From Candidatus Multivoradales bacterium (GTDB lineage Bacteria > Acidobacteriota > Thermoanaerobaculia > Multivoradales > Multivoraceae), in contig CBDCWI010000002.1 in assembly GCA_965223325.1 (NCBI GenBank), positions 640,001 to 704,000 on the forward strand: a stretch of 64,000 nucleotides of DNA, given 5' to 3'. Positions 48,837-58,827 of the stretch are shown here, piece by piece. The notes under the pieces are model-generated. The model saw only the letters and a program-made list of their open reading frames with translations, was not told where the DNA came from and searched no databases. Position 1 is the stretch's first letter, and every line of letters starts with the position of its first letter. The translations under genes and the position numbers were made by a program.

Positions 48837-49852
48837 GAGCCTCTGCGAGCCACCGCACGGTCAACCATCCGCCCGCAGAGTTCCGCGAATTCGATCCCCG
48901 CCACCGCCGCCGACTGCGGCAGCAGGCTGGTGACCGTCATACCTGGCAGAGTGTTGACTTCGAGGCAGAAGATCGACCCGTCACCGTCGAGGCGAAAGTC
49001 GACGCGGCTGAAGTCGCGCAGACCGAGGGTTCGATGGGCGAGGAGCGAGAGACGCTTCAGTTCCTGCGTCTGCTGGTCGGGAATCGCCGCTGGAAAGATC
49101 TCCTCGGCACGACCGGGAGTGTATTTGTCGTGGAAGTCGAAGATCTCACCCTGGGGGATGATCTCGCCCACTCCCAGTGCCTCATCCCCTAAGACCCCGA
49201 CGGTCAGCTCACGTCCCGGAACGTAGCGCTCGAGAAGGACCTGACTGTCCCAGAGCATGGCGCGACCAAGGGCCTGGTCGAACTCGGCCTCGCTGTGCAC
49301 CAGGGAGAGGCCCACCGTCGAACCGACCCGGCTCGGTTTGACCACCACCGGTAGACCGAGCGCCCGCACCTCCGACGCGGTCGGTACAGAACGCGTGGTC
49401 TGCAGTAACCAGGGCGCGGTCGGAACACCTGCCGCCCTGAGCAGACGTTTGCTCAGGTCTTTGTCCATCGCCACCGCGCTACCGAGATGATCGCTGCCGG
49501 TATAGAGCAATCCTTCAAGCTCGAGGAGTGCCTGGACAGCTCCACCCTCGCCCTGACGGCCATGCAGCACCAGGAAGATGACCTCCGCCAGACGCAGCTC
49601 GGGAAGACGAACGGTGGCGAGCAGGTCTTCCTGCTTCTCGAGGCGTCTGACCTCCGCTCTGCCTGGCGGCGCACTCCCCACCGCTGCACCGAGCACTTCG
49701 CCTTCGCGCTCGCCAGCGAGCGAGCCCAGACAGGTGTCGACGACAGAAACCTCGTGTCCCAGGGACCGCAGGGCGGGCGCGACCTGGCCTGCTCCGGCCA
49801 GCGCGACGCTTCGTTCAGGGGTTGAGCCACCAGTGAGCACAGCGATTCGCAT
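48821..49852 (-). CDS. ddl: D-alanine--D-alanine ligase
   Basis: GGSTPERSV, LHGRQGEGG, AMDK, VKP..VGSTVG, RVDFR, LEVNTLPGMT..SLLP; TGATG overlap with the MFS gene. Confidence 0.93.
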   Translation of the reverse strand: MRIAVLTGGSTPERSVALAGAGQVAPALRSLGHEVSVVDTCLGSLAGEREGEVLGAAVGSAPPGRAEVRRLEKQEDLLATVRLPELRLAEVIFLVLHGRQGEGGAVQALLELEGLLYTGSDHLGSAVAMDKDLSKRLLRAAGVPTAPWLLQTTRSVPTASEVRALGLPVVVKPSRVGSTVGLSLVHSEAEFDQALGRAMLWDSQVLLERYVPGRELTVGVLGDEALGVGEIIPQGEIFDFHDKYTPGRAEEIFPAAIPDQQTQELKRLSLLAHRTLGLRDFSRVDFRLDGDGSIFCLEVNTLPGMTVTSLLPQSAAVAGIEFAELCGRMVDRAVARRGSQVSS

Positions 49853-51114
49853 CAGCTTTGGCCTCCTGTCGCGGTCGACTGCACTTTGGCAGACATCCGA
49901 CGGCTGAGATAGACGACGGCCACCAAGCAGGCAGCCAGCTCAACGGCACCGGCGAGCACGAACGCCGGGCCGGCACCCAGCCGCTCGTAGATCAAGGCGC
50001 CAGCCACCGGCCCGACAGCGAAACCCGCTGAACCCGCCAGGTTGAAGCCGCCCATCGCCGCCCCGCGGGTTTCTTCATGGCTCCAATGGCCGGTCAGAGC
50101 AATCGCCGGCGGGAACATGATCGACGCCAGGATACCCAGAGCCGCCATCACCCACCACAGAGCGTAGAGACCCGAGTAGCCCACCAGGCAAAGGCCGAGC
50201 CCGTAGAGAAACGACCCGACAACGAGCGGCCGCAGCGGCCCCCAGCGATCTGTCAAGCGCCCGGTAAACGCCTGCAGAAACGCGAAGGGTAAGAGAAAGA
50301 CGGCCAGATAGCGGCCGCGGACCGCCGGGTCACCGGCGCCGAGACTCTCGAGGTAGAGCGGAAACAGGACCACGAACAGGCCAACGGTGTAGCGGTCGGC
50401 GAAGTGAAAAAGGTAAGGCAGGAGCAAGCGCGGCCGCGACACCAACGCGTCGCGCACCGAAGCGAGGCGCAGCGCCGGCAGCCGCGTGCGCGGGTCACCG
50501 ACGACCAGACTCATGGCGGCGAGCACCAGAAACAGTCCACTGGCCAGGAACAGTGGCGCCTCGGGACCGAAGTGAGACGTCAGGTAGGCACCGACCGGAA
50601 TGCCCATCGAGATCCCGAAGATCAAGCAGGCGCCCATGATGCCCATGTTGCGGCCGCGGCCCTCTTGGGCAGGCTCGTCGACCACGATGGCCATCAAGCT
50701 CGACCAACCCATCACCGAGAACACCCCCTGAACGAAGCGCAGAAGAAGGAGCACGCCAACGCTCGACGCGAAGGCGAAGGACGCATAGAGGAGGGCGGAG
50801 ACCAGGAAACCAACGATCACCAACGGGCGTCGACGACCCAGACGATCGCTCGCCACCCCCCAGACCGGAGCGAACAGCACATAGGCCACCATTTCGGTCG
50901 AAAAGAAGAGGCTGACCTGAAACAGGCTGCCACCGAGGCCGTCGACGATCAGCGCCTCGAGTCCGATCACCGGCAGGGTGAGATTGAACATCGCCACGCC
51001 CAGGAGAAGCGACGGCAGGATCACCGTCTGGAACGGCGCCCGCGCCGGAGCTCTGAGCCTCGAGGGCGGGGGGGCGGACCGGCGTGCCGGCGTTGGCATC
51101 TGGGAAGAAGACAT
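49852..51114 (-). CDS. MFS transporter
   Basis: Motif A GVASDRLGRRR and GRLTDRWG; about 12 TM segments. Confidence 0.9.
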   Translation of the reverse strand: MSSSQMPTPARRSAPPPSRLRAPARAPFQTVILPSLLLGVAMFNLTLPVIGLEALIVDGLGGSLFQVSLFFSTEMVAYVLFAPVWGVASDRLGRRRPLVIVGFLVSALLYASFAFASSVGVLLLLRFVQGVFSVMGWSSLMAIVVDEPAQEGRGRNMGIMGACLIFGISMGIPVGAYLTSHFGPEAPLFLASGLFLVLAAMSLVVGDPRTRLPALRLASVRDALVSRPRLLLPYLFHFADRYTVGLFVVLFPLYLESLGAGDPAVRGRYLAVFLLPFAFLQAFTGRLTDRWGPLRPLVVGSFLYGLGLCLVGYSGLYALWWVMAALGILASIMFPPAIALTGHWSHEETRGAAMGGFNLAGSAGFAVGPVAGALIYERLGAGPAFVLAGAVELAACLVAVVYLSRRMSAKVQSTATGGQS

Positions 51115-51288
51115 AGGCGAAGGGGCACGATGCGGACGGCTTTCGGTCGTGCGGCCGTACTGTATCCGCGATCGATGGCGAGAAAGTGGCCGTCGCGTGC
51201 TCTCCAGGATCGTTCATCGGCGGGCCCGTGAGCGCTATCGGCGGCGCCCAACCCGCGGTAGGCTGGTCCCAAAACGGAGGCACGAGCC

Positions 51289-52986
51289 ATGTTCTACCGC
51301 TCCATTTCGAAATCCGTCCCGGCGGGGCGCTCCCTGCGGCTGCTCGGCATGACGTTCCTTGCGCTGGCAGCAGTCCTCTTGCTGACCACCACACGCGCCG
51401 CAGCCGAGACTGAAGAGGTGCCCCTCGCACCGCGGCTGCAGGATCTGGGAACCCACACCCACCCGATCACCACGTCGGTGCCCGACGCCCAGCGCTACTT
51501 CGATCAGGGCCTGCGCCTGACCTACGCCTTCAATCACGCCGAGGCCGAACGTTCGTACCGCGAAGCCGCGCGCTTGGATCCCGAAGCGGCAATGCCCTAT
51601 TGGGGAATCGCCCTGGCTCTCGGGCCGAATATCAACGACCCGATGCCCCGCGAGCGCGAGGAGCTGGCCCTCGAAGCCCTCGCCGAAGCCAAGAAGCGTC
51701 TCGACAACGAGACCAGGCTCGAACGGCGGCTCATCGAAGCGCTGGCTGAACGCTACTCCGAGAAGGACGCCTTGGAGCGTGGCGTCGACGGCCGAGCCGA
51801 CCTTGACCAGGCCTGGGTCGACGCCACCGCTGCACTCAGGAAGGAGTTTCCCGAAAACGGAGACATCGCCACCCTGCACGCCGCGGCCCTCATGAACACC
51901 ATGCCCTGGAAGTACTGGAAGCCTGATGGCTCACCGGCCCCTGGCACCCTGGAGGCGATCGCGGCGATCGAGAAAGTCCTCGAACGCTGGCCCGACCACC
52001 CCGGCGCCCACCACTACTACATTCACCTGGTCGAAGCGTCCGATGATCCCGACCGAGGAATCTCGAGCGCCGAGGCCCTCGGGCCCCTGATGCCGGGTGC
52101 TGGTCACCTCGTTCATATGCCCTCGCATATCTGGATTCGTACCGGCAACTACGAAAAGGCCGCTGAAGCCAACCGCCAGGCGATTCTTGCCGACCAGGAC
52201 TACATCGCGCAGTGTCAGGCCCAGGGCCTCTACCCGGTGGGCTACTACCCGCACAACATTCATTTTCTGTGGGCCTCGACCACCTTCGGTGGCCACGAAA
52301 AGGAGGCGATCGCCGCCGCCGACAAGGTGGCAGAAAAGGTGCCTCTCGACATGCTCGACGAGTTTGGCTTCGCGCAGCGCTACCTGGTCACTCCCCTGTT
52401 CGCGCGCGTTCGCTTCGGGCGCTGGGACGAAATCCTGAGAACACCCCTGCCGGCAGAAAAACCCTTCGTCCGCGGGATCTGGCAGTACGCGCGAGCCTCG
52501 GCCTTCCTAGGAAAGAACGACCTGCGCGCGGCGCGCCGCGAAGTGCGAGCGCTGCGCAAGACTCTCCGTAACCGCGCACTCGATTCGGTCTCGGTGGCGT
52601 TTGAAAGCGGGCGCGACCTCCTGGAACTGGCGCGTTTGACCCTCGAAGGCGAAATCGACGCCGCACGCGGCAAGGAACGAAGGGCGCTAGCGAAACTCGA
52701 ACGTGCGGTGGAGATGCAAGACCGGTTTGCCTACTCCGAGCCTCCGACCTGGCACTACCCGGTGCGTCACACGCTCGGCCAGGTGTTGCTCGACTTCGAG
52801 CGTCCGCTGGCGGCCGAAAAGGTGTTCCGCGAGGATCTCGACGAGAACCGCAACAACGGTTGGGCAATGCTCGGTCTCGCGGAAGCGCTCGACCAGCAGG
52901 ATCGCTCTGACGAAGCACGAGCCGTGCGGGCGAAGCTCCAGGACGGTTTTTCCGGCGGCAACGGGCCGCGCTCAGCCTGGCGCTAA
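51289..52986 (+). CDS. Secreted TPR-like repeat protein
   Basis: Signal peptide; AQRYFDQGL..YAFNH.EA, HPGAHHYYIH, AGHLVHMPSHIW, YYPHN. Confidence 0.8.
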   Translation: MFYRSISKSVPAGRSLRLLGMTFLALAAVLLLTTTRAAAETEEVPLAPRLQDLGTHTHPITTSVPDAQRYFDQGLRLTYAFNHAEAERSYREAARLDPEAAMPYWGIALALGPNINDPMPREREELALEALAEAKKRLDNETRLERRLIEALAERYSEKDALERGVDGRADLDQAWVDATAALRKEFPENGDIATLHAAALMNTMPWKYWKPDGSPAPGTLEAIAAIEKVLERWPDHPGAHHYYIHLVEASDDPDRGISSAEALGPLMPGAGHLVHMPSHIWIRTGNYEKAAEANRQAILADQDYIAQCQAQGLYPVGYYPHNIHFLWASTTFGGHEKEAIAAADKVAEKVPLDMLDEFGFAQRYLVTPLFARVRFGRWDEILRTPLPAEKPFVRGIWQYARASAFLGKNDLRAARREVRALRKTLRNRALDSVSVAFESGRDLLELARLTLEGEIDAARGKERRALAKLERAVEMQDRFAYSEPPTWHYPVRHTLGQVLLDFERPLAAEKVFREDLDENRNNGWAMLGLAEALDQQDRSDEARAVRAKLQDGFSGGNGPRSAWR

Positions 52987-53019
52987 CACCTATCCGTAAC
53001 GTAGATCAGAGCGGCGCCC

Positions 53020-54267
53020 CTACGGGAACACAGCACGCGCCAGCTCCACCGCCAGACTTTCCGAAAGTGCACGACCGGCCAGGGTCGGCACGAGTTGCGA
53101 CCCTCTAACCGTCAAGAGGCCATTGCGCAGTGCCTCATCGAGAACGGCGACCGCTTCTGCTGCCAGATCGACGCCGAGCCAGCTCCTGGTGATCTCGAGG
53201 TCAATGCCGGCTTTCAGTCGCAGTCCCAGCAACAGATGCTCGAGCAGGAGCGCTCCGCGGTCGGGCTCTTCGAATTCCTCGACGGCGCCGCTGCCGTCCT
53301 CGAGATGCTTCCTCCATGTCTCGAGGCTCCGCCAGTTCCACCACCGCCGGTACCCATTCCAGGAGTGCGCCGATGGACCGAGACCGAGGTACGGGGTGTG
53401 AAACCAGTACTTGGGGTTGTGTTGCGAGCGCGCCGACGGCGTGCGGGCAAAGTTCGACACCTCGTAGCCTTCGTAGCCCGCCGACTCGAGAAACTGATGG
53501 GTGAACTCGAAGCGTTCGGCGCGACCCTCCTCGGCGAGCGGCAGCAGTTGACCGCGCTCCCTGGCAGTGCCGAAGGGAGTGCCGTCGTGAAAGGTGAGCT
53601 CGTAGCAGGAGAGATGGTCGGGCGAGAAGCGAATCGCGCAGGCGAGGGTACTCGCCCACTCATCATTCGACTCCTCCGGCAGGGCGTACATCAGATCGAC
53701 AGACACGGTGCTAAACCCAGCAGCCAGCGCCAACTCGACAGCCCGTTCCGCTTCGCCGCCACGATGCCGGCGCCCCAGCCTTTTGAGGGCATCATCGTCG
53801 AATGCCTGGACCCCGAGGCTGAGGAACTGGATTCCGAGCTCACGCCAGACGGCGAGTGAGGCATCGCTCACGTCTTCCGGGTTCGCTTCCAGGCCGATCC
53901 AGGGGTCACGGGTGAGGCCGAGTCGCGACACGTTGTCTAGCAGACGCTTCAGTTCATTCGCACGCAGCGCCGAGGGAGTTCCGCCACCGAGGTAGAGGGT
54001 GTCGAAGGGTACGTGCTCTGGTTCGCGTTCTGACCACGGGTCGCGGGCCTTGAAGCCACCGCCTCTCCGCCATCCCTCGACCTCTGTTTCGAGACCGGCG
54101 AGGAACACCGCATGGTCTTCCTGACGATCGCGTCGTACCGCGAAGTCGCAGTAGGGGCACACCGCGGAACAGAACGGAACATGCACATACAACCCGGGAC
54201 GGCGAGACGGTGCACCTTCTAAGGAGGCAGACGCAGCCGACGAGTCGTTCAGCGTCGCCGCGTCCAC
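53020..54267 (-). CDS. hemW: Radical SAM heme chaperone HemW
   Basis: YVHVPFC-SAV-C-PY-CDF (CxxxCxxC), GGGTPS, EANP, YEVSNF, YLGLGPSAH. Confidence 0.88.
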   Translation of the reverse strand: MDAATLNDSSAASASLEGAPSRRPGLYVHVPFCSAVCPYCDFAVRRDRQEDHAVFLAGLETEVEGWRRGGGFKARDPWSEREPEHVPFDTLYLGGGTPSALRANELKRLLDNVSRLGLTRDPWIGLEANPEDVSDASLAVWRELGIQFLSLGVQAFDDDALKRLGRRHRGGEAERAVELALAAGFSTVSVDLMYALPEESNDEWASTLACAIRFSPDHLSCYELTFHDGTPFGTARERGQLLPLAEEGRAERFEFTHQFLESAGYEGYEVSNFARTPSARSQHNPKYWFHTPYLGLGPSAHSWNGYRRWWNWRSLETWRKHLEDGSGAVEEFEEPDRGALLLEHLLLGLRLKAGIDLEITRSWLGVDLAAEAVAVLDEALRNGLLTVRGSQLVPTLAGRALSESLAVELARAVFP

Positions 54268-54872
54268 CGTCGTTCGGAAGCCGCGCGCGGCTGACGGGGG
54301 GCCGCCACCTCACTTTCGCCGAGGCGCGACAACAGATACTCCTGGACCCCGCAGCGCAGGAGGTAGCAATTGTCGACCTCGAAGCCCGGCATGCTGCGCA
54401 GCAGCTCGGGCTCCTTGATGCGCGGGCTCGGCACGGTCGAGCCCGCCGGGTCTTCGTAGTCGACCTCTTCTCCATTGACAAGATAGAAGCGCCGAGGCGC
54501 CAACGGAATCTCCTCACGGTACGAGACCATGCAGAACACCCGACCGCCCGGCTTCATCAGCGCGCGCAAACGCGCGCCGAGCACCTTGCGGTCTTCCTTC
54601 TCCAGGTAGTCGAAGAGGTCCCAGACCAGAGCCAGGTCGTAGGGCGGCAGAGCGCCCGGTAGCAGGAGAGCCTCTTCGAGCTGCGAGCGAACTCCCCGAT
54701 CGGCAACCGACGACCGCAAGTCGGCGATGGTGAGATTGGCGCCGAAGCGCGACAAGAAGTCGACGTTGGAACCGGTCGCACTGCCCAGGTCGAGTACCTT
54801 CAGTCCGGGGCCACGTGAAAGCAGATCCACGACCTCGGCGAGGGCACGACTGGCGTTGCGTACCTTGTCCAT
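54249..54872 (-). CDS. Class I SAM-dependent methyltransferase-like protein
   Basis: VLDLGS, YDLALVWDLFDYL, MKPGG; overlaps the hemW start. Confidence 0.75.
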   Translation of the reverse strand: MDKVRNASRALAEVVDLLSRGPGLKVLDLGSATGSNVDFLSRFGANLTIADLRSSVADRGVRSQLEEALLLPGALPPYDLALVWDLFDYLEKEDRKVLGARLRALMKPGGRVFCMVSYREEIPLAPRRFYLVNGEEVDYEDPAGSTVPSPRIKEPELLRSMPGFEVDNCYLLRCGVQEYLLSRLGESEVAAPRQPRAASERRWTRRR

Positions 54873-54945
54873 TGCTGGTGTATCAAACTCCTTGGCCGCG
54901 AAGCGGCATTTGGCCAGGGCGATCTGTGGCGATGACCCTCGCGAC

Positions 54946-55440
54946 TCAAGCCGTCGCCGGTGATGCCCCGGGCCGACCCGCATTCGCAGACGGTGCAGCG
55001 ACTGCGTCGACTTTTTCCTTGGCCTTCTTCTGCGGTGCCTTCTGCGCGGTCTTCGCTTCGACGGGGCTCATGTCCACCGCTCCTTCGAAGCGCGCTCCAT
55101 CGTCGAGCGCAACTCTCGGTGCTTGCAGTTCGCCGGCGACACGACCGGTGCGACGGATCGCCAGCCCGTCAGTGGCACGCACGTTGCCATCGACCTGACC
55201 TTCGATCACCACAGTGCGCGCCTTGATGTCGCCCTCGACATGACCCGACGCGGCCACCGTAACGTCGTATTCGACGAGCTCGATCAAGCCTTTGATCCGA
55301 CCTTCGACGATCAGATCTTCGGCACCGCGGACCTCGCCTTCGAGGGTCGTCGAGGCGCCGACTCGTGACGGAGAACCGCCGCGCGAACCTGCTCCACCGA
55401 TGGACCCGGTGGCACTTTCATTTCCATCTTTCTTGAACAT
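54946..55440 (-). CDS. Bactofilin (polymer-forming cytoskeletal protein)
   Basis: LEGEV...LIVEGRIKG...VEGDIKARTVVIEGQVDGNV...GARFEG; AGGAGG-like RBS. Confidence 0.9.
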   Translation of the reverse strand: MFKKDGNESATGSIGGAGSRGGSPSRVGASTTLEGEVRGAEDLIVEGRIKGLIELVEYDVTVAASGHVEGDIKARTVVIEGQVDGNVRATDGLAIRRTGRVAGELQAPRVALDDGARFEGAVDMSPVEAKTAQKAPQKKAKEKVDAVAAPSANAGRPGASPATA

Positions 55441-55726
55441 TGGACTGGACCTCCCTTGGGCGTCAGGATGAACGTTTCACCGCGCTGGCGGTGACGGGGC
55501 AGAAAGAGATTTATAACAACAAGACTATGATCCCGGCACGCAGCCGCGTAACGTCAACGCTGGTGGGCGCTTGCGGCTCGATCAGCCGAATCGTTCGAGT
55601 CTATAGCCGTTTTGTGCGCCGATGCCGCTCATCGTCGAAAAAGACGGATTTCTCCGGATTTCGCCGCTCCGAGAGGCAACCGCACACCACGACTCTGGCC
55701 GGCGCCTGGCAATCCGCAGCCAGTCG

Positions 55727-57520
55727 TCAGTCGTCAGAGCGCAGAACGGCGACGAAGGCCTCCTGCGGAATCTCGATCGAGCCCACCATCTTCATGCGCT
55801 TCTTGCCTTCTTTCTGCTTCTCGAGCAGTTTACGCTTGCGGGTGATATCGCCGCCGTAGCACTTGGCGGTGACATCCTTTCGGAAGGCTCCGATGGTCTC
55901 GCGCGCGATGATCGTGCCGCCGATGGCGCCTTGAATGGCGATCTTGAACTGCTGGCGAGGAATCGTCTCTTTGAGCTTCTCGCAGTAGCGCAGCGCTCGC
56001 GGACGCGCCTTCTCCCGGTGCACCAGCTGGGAGAGCGCATCGACCTTGTCGCCATTGACCAGTATGTCGACCTTGGCGATATCGGTGCGCCGGTAGTCGA
56101 GCAGCTCGTAGTCGAACGAACCATAGCCTTGAGTCACCGTCTTCAAACGATCGTAGAAGTCGAACATCACCTCGGCGAGCGGCAGTTCCGCAGTGAGCTC
56201 GACGCGGCCAACCGACAGGTAGTTGAAACTGACGTTCTCACCTCGCCGGTCGTGGCAGAGCTCCATGATGACGCCGATGTAACGCTCGGGAATCATGATC
56301 GACGCTTCGATGAACGGCTCCTCGACCCACTCGATCTGGGATGGGTCGGGGTAGTGCGACGGATTGTCGACCTCCTGAACGTCCCCGCCTTCGAGCTTCA
56401 CGCGGTATTGAACCGAAGGTGCCGACAGGACCAACGACAGGCCGTGCTCGCGCTCGAGCCGCTCTTGCACGACATCGAGGTGCAGGAGACCGAGGAAACC
56501 GCAGCGATACCCGAAGCCGAGAGCACTCGAGCTGTCCTTTTCATAGGTCAACGACGCATCGTTCAGAGCCAACTTGTCGAGCGCCGCGCTCAGGTCTTCG
56601 TACTCATCGGTCGAGATCGGATACATCGACGAGAACACCACCGACTTGGCCTCGCGGTACCCCGGAATCGGTTCGGCAGCCGGGTTGGCCTGGGTAGTGA
56701 CCGTGTCGCCAACTTCTATCTCGGAGATGTTCTTGATGCCCGAGATCACGTAGCCGACGTCGCCGGCGATCAACTGCTTCCTGGGTGAGCGCTCGAGGGT
56801 GAGAATGCCAAGTTCCTCGACGTCGTGGTCGCTGCCGGTGTGCATGAGCCGAATCGCCGAACCGGATCGGAGAGTCCCCTCTTTGATCCGCACCAGCATG
56901 ACGACCCCGCGATAGGTGTCGTACTGGGCGTCGAACACCAACGCCTTGAGCGGAGCCTCGGGATCACCCACGGGAGCGGGAAGGCCGTTTACCACCGCTT
57001 CGAGAACGTCCTCGATCCCCTCGCCCTTCTTGGCAGAGCACAGCACCGCATCTTCGCGCGCCAGACCGAGGTCTTCTTCGATCTCCTCGAGTACGCGCTC
57101 GGGCTCCGCCGCTGGCAGATCGATCTTGTTGAGGACCGGCACCAGCTCGAGGTCGTATTCGAGCGCCAGGTAGAGGTTCGCCAGCGTCTGTGCCTCGACC
57201 CCTTGCGCCGCATCGACGACCAGAAGGGCACCTTCACACGACATCAGGGAACGTCGCACTTCGTGCGAGAAGTCGACGTGGCCAGGAGTGTCGATGAGGT
57301 TCAGCTCGTAGACCTCACCGTCGCGCGCCTTGTACTCGAGCGTGATGGTGTTGCTCTTGATGGTGATCCCGCGCTCGCGCTCGATGTCCATCGAGTCGAG
57401 GATCTGGTCACGAAACTGGCGCTCGTCGACACCGCCGCAATGCTGAATCAGGCGGTCGGCAAGCGTCGACTTGCCATGGTCGATATGGGCGATGATGCAG
57501 AAGTTGCGGACTTTGCGCAC
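55727..57520 (-). CDS. lepA: Elongation factor 4
   Basis: RNFCIIAHIDHGKSTLADR, ERERGITIK, DTPGHVDF, GFLGLLHL, KDVTAKCYGGD, KLLEKQKEGKKRMK. Confidence 0.97.
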   Translation of the reverse strand: MRKVRNFCIIAHIDHGKSTLADRLIQHCGGVDERQFRDQILDSMDIERERGITIKSNTITLEYKARDGEVYELNLIDTPGHVDFSHEVRRSLMSCEGALLVVDAAQGVEAQTLANLYLALEYDLELVPVLNKIDLPAAEPERVLEEIEEDLGLAREDAVLCSAKKGEGIEDVLEAVVNGLPAPVGDPEAPLKALVFDAQYDTYRGVVMLVRIKEGTLRSGSAIRLMHTGSDHDVEELGILTLERSPRKQLIAGDVGYVISGIKNISEIEVGDTVTTQANPAAEPIPGYREAKSVVFSSMYPISTDEYEDLSAALDKLALNDASLTYEKDSSSALGFGYRCGFLGLLHLDVVQERLEREHGLSLVLSAPSVQYRVKLEGGDVQEVDNPSHYPDPSQIEWVEEPFIEASIMIPERYIGVIMELCHDRRGENVSFNYLSVGRVELTAELPLAEVMFDFYDRLKTVTQGYGSFDYELLDYRRTDIAKVDILVNGDKVDALSQLVHREKARPRALRYCEKLKETIPRQQFKIAIQGAIGGTIIARETIGAFRKDVTAKCYGGDITRKRKLLEKQKEGKKRMKMVGSIEIPQEAFVAVLRSDD

Positions 57521-57809
57521 GGAGTTCCTGTAGGCCTGGCGGCCTCGACCGGCCCGCGGCGGCGCGATGGTTCCCATCTCACCTCCGACGGCGACGCGGT
57601 TTGTGAACGAGTTCCTGGAGAGAATCCTGGGAAAGGGCCCTGGAAGCGGGGTCAGACAAAGCGGGGCCCCGTCGCAGTGGTGCGCCGAAGCCCCCCGAGG
57701 TTGACGGAGCATATCAACGCGAAGCTCCTCGGGATCCGATAGGGCCGCCCTTGATACCGTCGCCAACAGCGGCCGGCAGAGCCTGCGCAGCATCCCGGAG
57801 GAGTCAAGC

Positions 57810-58703
57810 GTGTCAGAGAAAAGGATTTTCACTCTCGGTGTTCCGATGGACCTCGGCCAGTCGCGGCGTGGGGTCGACATGGGGCCGTACGCGGTGCGCT
57901 ACGCCGGTCTCAACCGTGGGTTGCGCGCCCTTGGCCATCGCGTTTTCGACCGCGGCAATGTCGACATTCCAGAGCGTGACACGCTTGAGCCAGGGGGTGG
58001 GATGGACTACCTGCCCGAGGTCGCCCTCGCCTGTCAGTCGATCTACGAAACTGCCGCTGAGCTGGCCGAAGGGGGTGGCATTCCCCTCTTCCTCGGCGGC
58101 GACCATTCGATCGCCCTGGCAACCGTCGGGGGTGTCAGCCACAGCCGAGACGTTGGTTTGCTTTGGGTCGACGCCCATGGTGACTTCAACACCCCCGAGA
58201 CCTCGCCATCGGGAAACATCCATGGCATGCCCCTGGCGGCGCTCCTGGGTCGCGGCGCTCCCGAGCTCGTCGACCTCGGCCGCAAGGGGGCCAAGCTCGA
58301 CGCCTCACAGGTGGTGTTGATCGGCATTCGCGATCTCGACGCTCTCGAGCGCGTCGCCCTCCGCGAATCGGGCGCCACCGTCTACACGATGCACGACATC
58401 GATGAGCTCGGCATGGCAACCGTTGCCGCGCAGGCGCTCGACCAGCTGACGAAGTTCGAGTCGCTCCACGTGAGCCTCGACATGGACAGCATCGACCCCA
58501 ACCAGGCACCGGGCGTCGGGACGCCTGTACCGGGGGGCATCACCCGGCGTGAGGCGCACCTGTTGATGGAGATCATTGCCGAGCGCGCCAACGTCGGCTC
58601 GGTCGACGTGGTCGAGGTCAACCCGATTCTCGATCACAAGAACGAAACCTCGGTTCTCGCCTGTGGCCTGGTGGCGTCGCTGTTTGGTAAACGGATCTTC
58701 TAG
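57810..58703 (+). CDS. rocF: Arginase
   Basis: [50 protein letters not shown]; GGAGG RBS. Confidence 0.93.
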   Translation: MSEKRIFTLGVPMDLGQSRRGVDMGPYAVRYAGLNRGLRALGHRVFDRGNVDIPERDTLEPGGGMDYLPEVALACQSIYETAAELAEGGGIPLFLGGDHSIALATVGGVSHSRDVGLLWVDAHGDFNTPETSPSGNIHGMPLAALLGRGAPELVDLGRKGAKLDASQVVLIGIRDLDALERVALRESGATVYTMHDIDELGMATVAAQALDQLTKFESLHVSLDMDSIDPNQAPGVGTPVPGGITRREAHLLMEIIAERANVGSVDVVEVNPILDHKNETSVLACGLVASLFGKRIF

Positions 58704-58809
58704 TGACCCGTGGTTTTCGGCCTTTTGTGATGTGCACCTTTCTTTGAAGGCGGTGCTTGGGGGGTGGCGATTTCGGGTAGGCGGAGCGTCGTTTACCACG
58801 GGTCACTAG
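58700..58809. mobile_element. MITE-like element: 102 bp, 11-bp terminal inverted repeats, flanked by a CTAG duplication
   Basis: CTAG(58700-03) TGACCCGTGGT ... ACCACGGGTCA CTAG(58806-09); no ORF inside. Confidence 0.6.
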
Positions 58810-58827
58810 AAGGTCACTTTTGCGGCG

